Source: Microthyrium microscopicum (Eukaryota). From it: 64,000 nt of DNA. The position numbers and the translations under genes are program-made. A model generated the notes under the pieces. The model had not been told where the DNA came from and ran no database searches. It was given only the letters and a program-made list of their open reading frames with translations. The DNA lies in the NCBI GenBank assembly GCA_010405405.1, contig MU004244.1:313895-377894 (forward strand), given 5' to 3'. Positions within the stretch are counted from its first letter, which is position 1; every line of letters begins with the position of its first letter. This document shows positions 12,870-23,973 of the stretch, piece after piece.

Positions 12870-14876
12870 ATGCCCGAGGATGAAGCTACTGGGGTCGCGA
12901 AGATACTAGCTGATTCTCCAGGACATCTCATAGAGTTGCAAAAGCTCAGTCAGCAATGGAAGCCGACTTCAGTGGTACTAGAGCAGCTCGCCAACGCATG
13001 TAGAGATCGTTAGTAAGGATCAGAATCGTAAATTGACTCGAACACTGCTAATAGTTGTCAAGCTGACTGGAGACCCATTCTTGGAGAAGCTGGCTTCCTC
13101 CCCGTCATTCTCAATGAGTCCTTCGAAAAGACTGCTGCTGAAGATGAAGAACTCGCAAGACAGATCCTCCGTTTTATATGTAATCTGGTGGCTGATGTTG
13201 GTGAAGTACCCAGTGCTGTTCATCATCGCACTATTTAACAGTTCTTAGACGAAAACAGAGCTCTTGTACTCCCTTTTATGGCTGACATACATCACACCGC
13301 TGAACTCCATAATGGGCGACTTCGGTTACCAGCCTTATCCGCTACCCTAAATCTATGTCAAGATTATGGTTTGTCTCCGTAGAAACATAAGCAATCGCCA
13401 TCTAACACACGATCTAGAACCTGGCCAAAGGGAATTTGTAAGGTTGGACCTGATCGAAGAGCTTGAGAAGGACATAACGCTGGCTTCGAGGAATGAGATC
13501 CACATTGCGCTCGACATAATCACCACCATCTTTCCAATTTTCAATGCCCAAGATAAAGAAATCTCCAACAAACTCATAACAAGATTAGTCATGGAAGCAT
13601 CCCGCGCTCCAGGCATAGTCCATAGCCAAGAAGACTGGATCACATGCATGGACTCTATCCTCCCATTGCTCCACGAAGAGAGTGTCCAGAAAGTGTTTGC
13701 GAAAGAGATATGTCTTGGTATCAGCCTCCTAGAATCCAGCATAATGCGTCTAACAGGCCGTCAACGCAAAATCTTCAAACACACAGAACCAGATGAAGAC
13801 GAGATTGCGCAACTCACTACAATCGCCGACGACCTTGTTGGAACTATTGCCAACATTGCCGTATTTTGGACCTTTAATTCACCTCCCGCAATAATTGCAG
13901 ACGAAGACGTCGACGTAAGCGATATTGCAACATGGCTCCGGAAAGAATGGAAACCATTCCTTATTGATGGCACAACTCCTCGCTCACCAGACAACATCCG
14001 CCTCGCGCGCGCTGCTGCCCTTATGCTCGGCAACATTGCCATGAAGGACTGGATCGTGGCCGCTCTCATTGCTCCTCCACATGAAATACAGCATCCCGCA
14101 GTCGATGCTATCATTTCTTCCGGCGATCGTGAACTGCAGCACGGCGCTGCTGGGCTTCTACATAACCTCGCCATTCCTCCTACTAGCAAAGATGCGCTTC
14201 GTTCAGCTAACGCCTTTACTGCCGTCACCCATCTCATCACTCCTAAAACCGATGCGCTTGACACTGACCTATGTATTGCTGGATTACGACTCTTGCGCGT
14301 ATTGCTGCTCAACTCACCCGCCAACTGCACAGACTATCTGACGAACGCGGAGAACACCACGTCAACCGCTTTGGCTTCGTTGCTGCGGAATCTTGCTTCA
14401 TTAGATCCTCGCATAATTGCAGAATCAGGTCGTGCGCTAGTCGCACTACGTCGCACTGCAAGCGAGTCGGTTGAGAGCATTGCAGATGGCACAATGTGTG
14501 TAGTAGCGCTCACTCGACATCCAGATCCGCGGAACAAGTCCCAAGGTTGGATGGGACTAGCATTAGAGTCTCGAACCAAAGCTGGAGCGCAGAGTGTGTA
14601 TCAAGCGTTCAAGGCGGATGGTGATGTCAGCTCGTTGATGGCGGAAGTATTGGGAGAAACAGCCTCTGAAGAACGTCCAGTACTCGGTAAAGATCAGGAA
14701 AATGTGTTGGTTTTGATAGCACATTTGCTCAAATTTTTGGTAAGTGTTCCATTGCTTGATAAGGTCTAAAGCTGATGATCGTATAGGATGGTGATATGAC
14801 CAATGATGAAACGGCGTCGCTGAAAAAATTGCTCAATGAGCATGGGAAGGGTGCAACCACAAAATTAGACATGTAG
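12870..14876 (+). CDS. Armadillo-repeat SmgGDS/Bem4-like GTPase chaperone/GEF
   Basis: LEQLANACRD, RQILRFICNLVADV|DENRALV, AAALMLGNIA, QHGAAGLLHNLAIP (ARM-type motifs); several introns; last exon ends ATGTAG at 14876. Confidence 0.65.
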
Positions 14877-15074
14877 CTCTGCGACTAAATTGAAAGACTG
14901 GTATTATTCAATTTATCTATACTTCGTTAGAAGCTGATGCTCAAACAATCATTCGCTCATATACCATGCAGGTATGATTCGCCCAAAGGTATTTCCATGT
15001 CCCAACGACCCAAGAAACAGTTCTTTTGATTTCTGCAAAGAAAGACGGGGATATGTACAGCTTATTATTACACA

Positions 15075-18000
15075 TTATGATGGAGGAGCATCAACTATGA
15101 CACCCTCAAATTCTCGTGACTTGACGTAGTCAATGGTGCGTTGAAAATGCTTGCGTGCGTTCTCGAGTGAGGGTGAGTTGTCGGCAGTGGCGAGGTTGGA
15201 GTGAATGAGTTCGATTAGACCGTTGACGAACCGAGTAGTAATTTGCTCATTTTCCTGCTCAAAGTAGTAGAGATAACGATTCAGTACCTGGTAGGCTTCA
15301 TTAGCAAAATAAAAGCAGGTGTAGAGTATGATCATACCTCGACGAAAAGTTCAACCATGACTGCAGTATCCACAACGGAGTCACTGACACGCAATGCTCG
15401 TTGAAGGCACTCAAGGACTCTTTTGCCATCACGATAAAGCTATTCAAAGTTAGCTGAATGTAGGACGAATAATTGTTCAATACTCACTCCCTTGGGATCG
15501 TTCTCATCCAGCTCTCGTATTTCATTGGCCCACCACAAATGGCTGGCCAGGTATACTGCTCGGCATTGATCTGGCTTCTTGAGCAATTTGCTTCCATGAA
15601 GCGCACACTTCGTTATGAGAGTATCATAATCTTCCTGGTCAAAGTTCCTCGTTTGGTGCAATGCTCCTGCAACCACACAGATCGCTTGGAATTGCGCTCT
15701 CGAGTCGCTGATTACTTCCTCATAAACGGTAAAGGCTTGTGCAAAGAATTCGTATGCCATCTTTCGATGCTTTGTCTGATCGGCAACTTTACCACATGCC
15801 ACAAACAGCCGCAACGCCATATCGTTGAAACCAGTGACCCGGTTATACAATGATGTGAGCATAGCAGTAACGAATTTGTACAGCGATTCGCACTGCGATT
15901 CCCAATTGTCGTCAAGATGTTCTCTAGCTTTGAATTTGCGAGCTAGCTTGAGAGCAGAGAATATGACTGGTGGATATGTGTGTTTTATCCTCTCATTACC
16001 CTCGCCGAAAGCTTTTTGTGTAGTTTGCAAAAGCTATAAAAGTCAGATAATTATCGCCCTGGTCGTTGTCTTACTCACCGATAATTGAATATCATTAACA
16101 GGTCCTTGTATAAGGTGGACGATTCGAGCGAGCCATCCTTGCTCCTCTAAAGTTTCGTCGGTTTCTGCAGACTTTCTATGCATGGGGCCAGATGTGAATC
16201 CGGCTGGTGGCTGTGCTCCTTCTCGAATTATGACTCGCAGAACTTGAAGTGCAGCATTCAGGTTGTCCTGGGAGTCTATTATGATTTGATTCTTGAGTAG
16301 GATTCGTGCCACCTCTCCCGCAACTGCTCGGCGAGTTGGATATGGTTGAGCCTCAAGTAAAGGTATAAAATGAGGAAGAGCCAATGCGGTGAAAGTAGAG
16401 TAATAGATATTGATAGGGGCAAGAAGAAGTTTGAGGACGTTGGCTTGTGAGTTTTGAGAATGAAAGTCGGCACTGTTGGCGTTTTTTGTGACAACCTCGT
16501 GGGCGAAGGAAAAGACTTGATCAACATAGTCAAGACGATCGGGATAAATATTTCTACATCACATTAGCACCAATTTCTAAGGGTATCACAACAACTTACA
16601 ATGCAAGATTCGTAAGTGAGACAAGTAATGCCATTGTGTCCCATACTTGAAGTCTTTGCATTTTGACCAAAGTCATCACTTGTTCATGGAAGATCTCAAA
16701 CAGTTTGATATTATCAGGAATCGCACTTGATGACGAGGGAACAGTGTCTTGGCCATTTGATTTCGTATCTTCGTTTGGGGTTTCGCCGTCCTTTGGAGCT
16801 TCTTGGCCATCTTCTGTTGGTTTGGTTGCCTCTCCATTCTGGTTTTGTTCCGTTGTTGGGAGAGCTGAGGGCTTGGGGGGAGTAATGTGGATGTTTTCGA
16901 GCAGTCCAGCCAGTGATGCTTCTTCTGCCATTTTTCGCTGCTCTGGTGACTTGATTACTGCTTCTCTAGCGGCATATGCCGATAGCCTGTCCATCAAGCC
17001 AATCACTATTGCCTTGACGTTGACTAGCGGATGTAATCGAGCAACAGCAGATAGGAATTGATCCAGTGTATGTAGGTGAAACTCGTCAGGATACACTTGG
17101 ATAATCACTAAGATTATGTTAGTCTCAAGGTTGGTGCTTTGTTAGAAACCGAGGCTGTTCTCACCTTCAAGCAGATATTCTTGAGCGAGGACATCTTTGC
17201 ATTGCACAACCTGCTCCAGTAATGGGCGCAGGATTTGTTTGTAATGTTCCAGATCTACAAGCTCGCCGAGTCTTTCCAGGTTGTTGCCCACCAGCAACTG
17301 CAACTCTCTACGCTCCTTGGTTCTTTGATCTCGTTCTCTCGAATGTCCTTGATGCTGAAGTCGTACCCAAAGTTTGTTCATTTCGACGAAATTCGTCAAA
17401 ATGAAATTGACACTGTCTTGTAGGTTTCCCTCTGGCCCATCCCCAGAGCCTGCAGGCAAGTATGGCTTTGCTTGACCCATCAAGTAGTACCTCAGGAAGA
17501 GACCACGAATTGGTTGCTGAACTCCTCGACTCATTTCCAAGATATCCTTAAGTATTTCTCGTACTGGCGCATCTTCAATTGACATGTATACAGTGCCGAC
17601 GGTGATCATCAAGTATAATCGCGGAATGATATTGCCAGCATATTGTACAAGTTCGTAAAGATCGGCTAGGTGATTGACGGGATGATTGTCTTTCAGATGG
17701 GTGGCAAGGAGTCTTAGAGCATCGAAAACAGCCATGTAAAGCTCATAGTACTACCCAACTGGTAAGAAACCGAGTAGTATGGAGGGTATAGTATCTAACC
17801 TGCTTGGGGCCCAAGGCTGATGTTCGTAGTTCGCTAACGAGTGTTGATCTGCGGATATTCAGTATTATGACAAATGAAGCTTCAGGTGTGCAAGACTAAC
17901 GCGCATTTCAAAGCATCCATCAATTTATTCTACAATATCTGTTAGATACAACTATGAAGCTCGGCCAGGCAGCACCATAACACTTACAGGCTGGTCCAGG

Positions 18001-18092
18001 AAACGGGACATGAGTTGTGATTGAGTACGGACAACAAGAAGCGCGTCTTCTAGAAGACGGCCCTGGTCCTCCTGAGGAGGAGGAGACGACAT
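15075..18092 (-). CDS. VPS35: Retromer subunit Vps35
   Basis: [29 protein letters not shown] (PRLYL motif), [35 protein letters not shown]; multiple introns. Confidence 0.97.
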
Positions 18093-18313
18093 AGCGGAGG
18101 AAACCAATGGTAGCGAAAAGTTGAAGGGAAGAGAAGTCGAAGCAATTGACCAAATCCAGCCATCCAACATCCAAATCAGCCGTCATGAGCAGCTCCCAAA
18201 GTCTTGGCAGAAATGGATCACCAGGGCTTAGGGTTAATGCGCTCTTCTGCTTCATTTCCTGGAATCAGTCGCATTCATCAAGTCCACCTCTCACAAGACC
18301 TACATTCTCCAAT

Positions 18314-19043
18314 ATGCGGTTATTCAATCCATTACTCGCGATCGCCGCGCTGACCACATCCTCTGCAGCCTTTACGAAAGATGCCCAGAGCGACGATCCG
18401 AACACCATTTCCATATACGCCTGGCCGTTAACAGCAACTGAACCTGTACCTGTCGCAGTCGTCAAATTATCGCATTCTCCCGATTCCGATGCTCCATCTG
18501 CCTCCATATTCAGATACTCCCCTCCTTCGATATCATCTTCCCAGGATGAAACCGTACGAATTGGGATACTTGACCCAGTAACCAAGAAATGGACCGGCTC
18601 TGCGGTAGCCACAGACGCGTTCCAACCAGAATTCGACCGCAAATTCCAGCTCCATCTAGACGAAGCGACAAAGCGAATATGGCACGTCAGTTTGTCTACC
18701 AGTAAAGTCCCAGTTCCAGTTAAGGAGAAGAGTAAGGACAAGAAGGCAAAGGCAAAGACGGATAAGGCAGGCGGAAAGAAGGAACCTCTTCGCAAAGGCG
18801 AAACAACAGTAGAAGTTGTCACTCCATGGGATCATCCGGAACCAATTCTGAATAAGCCCGTTCAACTGAACTTGGATGGAAGAGCTCCAGAGGCACCCGA
18901 AGAACAAAAGTCGTTTCTGCAAAAGTACGTTATTCACTAATCACTAACTGCTTGTAACAAGAACTAACTTTCACAGATACTGGTGGGCTATTCTTATCTT
19001 TTTGGCAGTTAATGTCATGGCTGGTGGTGGAGAAGAGAAATAG
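18314..19043 (+). CDS. Type I ER membrane protein, EMC10-like
   Basis: Signal peptide MRLFNPLLAIAALTTSSAA; PILNKPVQL; EEQKSFLQK|YWWAILIFLAVNVMAGGGEEK* across intron ~18925-18976. Confidence 0.7.
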
Positions 19044-19213
19044 TTCTGCAAATATCAAATACCCCATTTCGCATGCTCAACACATTTTTATCAATACTTC
19101 ATTTTCGTATCATTAAGTATATATTCATCGGTGTTTGCTGAACTGGCTAATCGGGAATAGGATCTTGTGATGTGTCTTACTTTTTAGCAAATCATGGGAA
19201 AATCCAATGACTT

Positions 19214-20416
19214 TCAGACCACGGCCGAGTTCTCATCGATTTTCACCCCGAACTGCTTGGTGGCCATTCCATAACTATGGCCAACTGCCTCGCTTGCATA
19301 TACTCGCATCTCTTTCTCATAAGCTGCAGTTATGCCTTCTTGATATCCACCAGCTTCAGCGAACAACCTGCCTAGAAGCGCAGAATCTCTGACAGCCGTG
19401 TTGGCGCCGATGCCTCCAGCTGGGGTCATTGAATGCGCAGCATCTCCGATGACTGTAACACGAGGCTCAGTCTTCCACTCCGGAACTCCAGAAGGAGTAG
19501 AGCAGGTGATTTTCCAAAATGCGGCTTCCTTCTCGTTCATTTGGTCAAATATTGCCTTGAGTTTGGGGTGCCAATTGGCTGCAAACTTTTTGGCGATTTC
19601 TGCTGCTGGGCGTCCAATAATCGCCATGTCGTTATTCGGAGGCTCGATCACTCCCGGTTGAGCGCCCATGGTCCATCCAAACTCTATGTTGGGATTGTCC
19701 ATGTCCTTGGCCCGTACGTTGGTGATTACAAATACTTTGCCGCTGGGATTGGATTCGTCTACAGCTCGCCAAACTCCTTCTCCTAGGTCTTTGAAAGCTG
19801 TCGTCGGTGCTTGGCCATGGATACCCCTTGCGCCGGTATCATACACTTTGAGCTTGCCATCGGAGACTTGTTTGGCAACTTTGGAGTAGATACCCTCACC
19901 ACCAATCAACATTTCTCCTTCGTCTGATTTGGAACCGTCTTTGAATATCGCACGGACTCCCGAAGAGGTTACTTCATAACCGGTGACTTGATGAGACCAT
20001 TTGACGTGTGGTTCGCAGCCGGACAAGAACAACTGGCGCATTTCGCCTCTCGCGATGCCTACAATCTTTCCTTTGCGAGAAGTCAGATCCAACGGCCGGC
20101 CTTTCCCTTCATCGCCAGTTCCTTTTTCACCGATATCTTCACCGGTGACAGCGTCCATGCTTCCAAATCCACTACCTCCGGTCTTTCCGCAAGTGTCCCA
20201 GAATTTCTGCCAGTCTTCTGGTGACAGAACCGATTCAATCGCATCTAATCCTTCCGAGGAGAGACGTAGCCTGTATCCTTGACCACGAAACGATATTGAA
20301 GCATCGCGTTCAAAGATTTGAAAAGGAATAGAGGATCTTCGAAGGGATTGAGCCAATAGCAAAGATGCAAGTCCTGCCCCAGCAATCAGAATAGGTTTTT
20401 TGGTATTGGATGCCAT
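19214..20416 (-). CDS. Group A FAD-dependent monooxygenase (CTB7-like/salicylate hydroxylase-like), intronless
   Basis: ILIAGAGLASL (Rossmann GxGxxG variant), FERD, LIGGEGIYS (DG motif variant), VTVIGDAAHSMTPAGGIGANTAVRDS (GD motif). Confidence 0.9.
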   Translation of the reverse strand: MASNTKKPILIAGAGLASLLLAQSLRRSSIPFQIFERDASISFRGQGYRLRLSSEGLDAIESVLSPEDWQKFWDTCGKTGGSGFGSMDAVTGEDIGEKGTGDEGKGRPLDLTSRKGKIVGIARGEMRQLFLSGCEPHVKWSHQVTGYEVTSSGVRAIFKDGSKSDEGEMLIGGEGIYSKVAKQVSDGKLKVYDTGARGIHGQAPTTAFKDLGEGVWRAVDESNPSGKVFVITNVRAKDMDNPNIEFGWTMGAQPGVIEPPNNDMAIIGRPAAEIAKKFAANWHPKLKAIFDQMNEKEAAFWKITCSTPSGVPEWKTEPRVTVIGDAAHSMTPAGGIGANTAVRDSALLGRLFAEAGGYQEGITAAYEKEMRVYASEAVGHSYGMATKQFGVKIDENSAVV

Positions 20417-21056
20417 GATTGGGGTCGTATATTGGCATAGAACCGATGCTGATGTTGGCTTTATAGTTTGAAAATGAACCCGTCCGGTTGAACATGAATT
20501 CTGAGACACGAAGCGATTGATTCCATGATGACAAAGAGAGTATATAGCTCTTATGTACGACTGACAAAGCCATCACGTCGTCAATGGGCCTTTTGCTGTT
20601 GGCGGATGCCTGCGCATGCGGCGTGTAACGTAGATCCACCTGTGATTACAAATGTCAGATACGATTGATCCGTATGTTTGCCGTTACTGATTAGCTTGAA
20701 TCTGTTGTATCCATACTGCATACTGACTACTAGTAGTGCATACTAGTAGAGTTGGACCTGAACCATAGTACTGGATAGAGCACGCCTACACTCGCAAAAC
20801 TAAAAAAGACATAGCTTTAGATGTTTGGTCCTAAAGCATAGAGTGATACATTATTATCACAAGTACATAGAATATATCTACTCTTACAATATTCAACTTA
20901 ATACTATCTCTGTAGGACCTAGCTCTTCGCGATCCGCCTGCTATCACCAACCCTTCACAGCTCCATGACCCTCTGTCCCAGCCCGCCAAAAATCAAAAGC
21001 TACCCTCCAATATCCATTTCCAAGCATATTACGCCTTTGCTCTATATCTCAAGAGC

Positions 21057-21063
21057 AAAAAAA
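21057..21063 (-). terminator. RNA polymerase III oligo-T terminator of the tRNA gene
   Basis: TTTTTTT on the minus strand, 2 nt after discriminator G73. Confidence 0.8.
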
Positions 21064-21065
21064 GA

Positions 21066-21186
21066 CGACGAGGATGGGACTCGAACCCACAATCTTTGCC
21101 ACCGGAAAGCAACGCCTTACCATTAGGCCTAGTCAGAATTAGTAAAAAGGTGAGTAAATTCGAGTTTGAAAACGTACCACCCCGCC
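21066..21186 (-). tRNA. tRNA-Arg(CCG) interrupted by a 49-nt GT-AG intron (21129-21177) between nt 9 and 10
   Basis: Spliced 72-mer GGCGGGG TG GCCT AATGGTA AGGC G TTGCT TTCCGGT GGCAA AGATT GTGGG TTCGAGT CCCAT CCTCGTC G forms all four stems; intact B box GGTTCGAGTCC; T7 run 2 nt downstream. Confidence 0.9.
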
Positions 21187-21219
21187 AGGTTTGCATCAAC
21201 CAAAATTTCGACATTTTTG

Positions 21220-21227
21220 TATATATA
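21220..21227 (-). promoter_or_regulatory. TATA element upstream of the tRNA gene
   Basis: TATATATA lies 34-41 nt upstream of mature tRNA position 1. Confidence 0.5.
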
Positions 21228-21882
21228 CAGCCACGTAAGAGGCCATCCGCTTTACAGTACCAAGGCCTCCTGAGAAGTTTAAAAAATCATGGTGTTATAG
21301 TTAGAGGCTCTAACATGAAGTTCAAGGTCTTAAAATGTGAATTTGATGGTAGGTGGGCCCTTTACTGAACGACAGCGTTGATTTATTACGAAGCAGGCCT
21401 ACTACACACTCAACCACAAGTACAACCTACCTCATGTTAGTGAAGAAGGAGTATACAATCACTGAACATGTTATAAAAGATATGAAGACAATGTCATGAT
21501 GCAGCAGTATTCAAACATTTCGATTTGGGGGACTCCGCTCAGGAGTCGCGCCAGCAACACATTGATACACTATTCCCAAAGACTAAACCCCCAAGGAAAA
21601 AGACAAGTCGCAAACAAGAAACCATCTTGTCGCGTGAATCATGCCACGCCCGGAGCATATGCCCTTACGCCTTTTTCCCAAAATAAAATAACAAGACCGG
21701 TATATCTACGCCAGCCAGAAACAGGAATTTAGTAGTAAAGATGACAAGAAATCCTTCTTTTCTGGTGTCCGTTTCCGATCCTTCCCTCGTCGTATAAATG
21801 TGTTGGTTTCATGCGTTTTGAATTAAGGTATGTGCAAGAAAATTGGAAAATATGATGACCCTCAAATAGAACAGAGCACGAT

Positions 21883-23973
21883 TTACATGACTCGCTTGCG
21901 CTTGCTGCCACCGTTATCGCCCATTTCTTCTTCAATGACGGTGTCGCCTGCTGGGTTCAGTAGTCCGTGAAGATTGCTTGCCATGCTGCTACGGCGTGTA
22001 GGTGGGCCTCCCGAGTCGAAGCCGCTACCAAAGCTTTTCGCAAAGCCTGGGAAGCGGGATCCAGGTACCGCCCAAGCAGATTCGGGTCCTGTACCAGCGA
22101 CAGCGGCGATTGGATCCAGGCTACCAGGCGGTGGTGTCTTGGTCGATGATGGACCCCGAATCTCGTAGTTGGCCAGGGTTTGTCGGATCTCATGGTCAGC
22201 TACGGGGCCGCGAGCAGGTGAGGATGGCCATGCGCTCGACGTATGTCCACTTGCATACGGAGAACCTGTAGGAATGTCTGTCGGCCCACCTTGCCAACCA
22301 TGAAGACGAATATCCGCGCTGGTATGTCGTCTCGAAAGATTGGCTGGTGGAGAAGTAACGGTGGCTAAGGGATGTTGAGGTGGTGGTTGTATCAAAGCCG
22401 GTGGAGGTGGTGGTGGCGGAATGCGGCCAGACGAAGGAGAATATGAGTTATTACTTCCAATGCTTCCATATCGCCTAGGCGAGATTGAAAGATGAGAAGC
22501 AATTGGTGCTCGGAAAGAGCCACTTTGTTGACCCCTTGGTTCGAGAATGGTTGGCTGCGACGGTCTTCGCTGATTGATATCTGGAGCGGGCATTTGTCTA
22601 GGTGAAAGCGGTGCACCATTTTCCTGTAGATGGTTACCAAAAATTTGATGCTGCGGTTGACCAAATGTTGGACGCGACGCTTCCTGAGGACTAGGATCGG
22701 GAGATTCAACGCTTCGCAGCACATCGGTCTGTCGAGCAATTTCTCTTTGCATCATCGCGACTATAATAGGTCAGTGAGCTTCTAAAAAAAAGACAAAAGC
22801 ACTTACTATCTTTGTGGATTTGACTCTCTGGATCTGATATCACGGTCGTTAGGTAGGTTGCCAGATCTTGATTCCACTACATTTGTTAGTCACATGTGTT
22901 ATACATTTGAATGTTGTATATTACCTGATGACATCTCATGAGACCATCGGAGAGTATATGGCACTTGTTTGTCATATAAACTAGGGTATCCTCTGATCTT
23001 CCTAATCTAGCATGAACATCATAATAAGTGTGCTCCAGAAGACTAAGCCGGTCCTCCAGAGTGGTGTGCGTAGGCTGTTCTTGATGGGTGACTCCAATCG
23101 GCGTTTGAGGGTGAGCAGGCGCAAGGGACTTGGGTCCAGTCGGAAATGTATCGCGATTTATGAGCGTGTGTCTTGATGCACGACGCTTGATCTCTCTCAG
23201 TCCCATGATATCGCCTCTCTTGAAACTCCCATTGCCGTGTCTAAACTCCCAGAGTGTAGAGTCTGGTGCACCATTATGGAAAACATCGCTTACTGCTTGA
23301 CGCGTCAGTAAGCATCCACTGTACGTCAATTTCCCTGTTGCCATGGTCTTACCTTTATGAAAGCCATACATGTTCAATTGTCGGACAAAAGATGAGATAT
23401 TTGTATGTTTGAAATATTGTCTAAAGATGTCAGTAACAGAATGCGCATCAAGTCTTGGTTCAACTTACGCAAGAACCTTTGCAAATTCTTGGCTCGGGGA
23501 CATGACAAAGCTGTCATTGCTACTCGACCAAGAAATAAGATGTTGTATGCTCTGATCTTCAAGCATGCTGAAATGTAATTAGCAACGCTTTTGCATTTGA
23601 TATGATACCAAACCTACTTGTACAGTTTATGAATAAAAGCTGTTTGAACAACTTTCGGTTGTTGCGCCGCAGCAGCAGCACCAACTGAAACGGTCATTTG
23701 ATGTCCATTCATGTTGCCATTGGTTGTTGGTATGCCCTCATCACTATTAGTCGATTTGTCTGAATGCCTCTCATTAGGCGGACTGCTGGTTGGAGGAGGC
23801 ATCGACATGTTATTTGTCGGCGTTATATCCATGGGATCAGGTTCTGAAATAGTGGAGGGAAGTTGGACTCTTGGAGAAGCAGAAGTTGAGGAGAGAATAG
23901 GAATCGATTTCTGATGCGGCGAAATGTGATCCGTGGGAAAGGCGGATCGGGGCATGGACTCTGTAGTTGCCAT
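21883..23973 (-). CDS. SFL1: HSF-type DNA-binding transcription factor, Sfl1-like
   Basis: QPKVVQTAFIHKLY|SMLEDQSIQHLISWS...QYFKHTNISSFVRQLNMYGFHK|VSDVFH...WEFRHGNGSFKRGD; coiled coil; Pro/Ser-rich tail with RRHTSADIR. Confidence 0.85.

Noticed and set aside
21029..21214. 61-aa ORF over the tRNA that could explain the intron as an mRNA intron
   Set aside because: No recognisable protein, the 49-nt intron would frameshift it, and splicing restores the tRNA cloverleaf to the exact nucleotide, so the tRNA is the better explanation.
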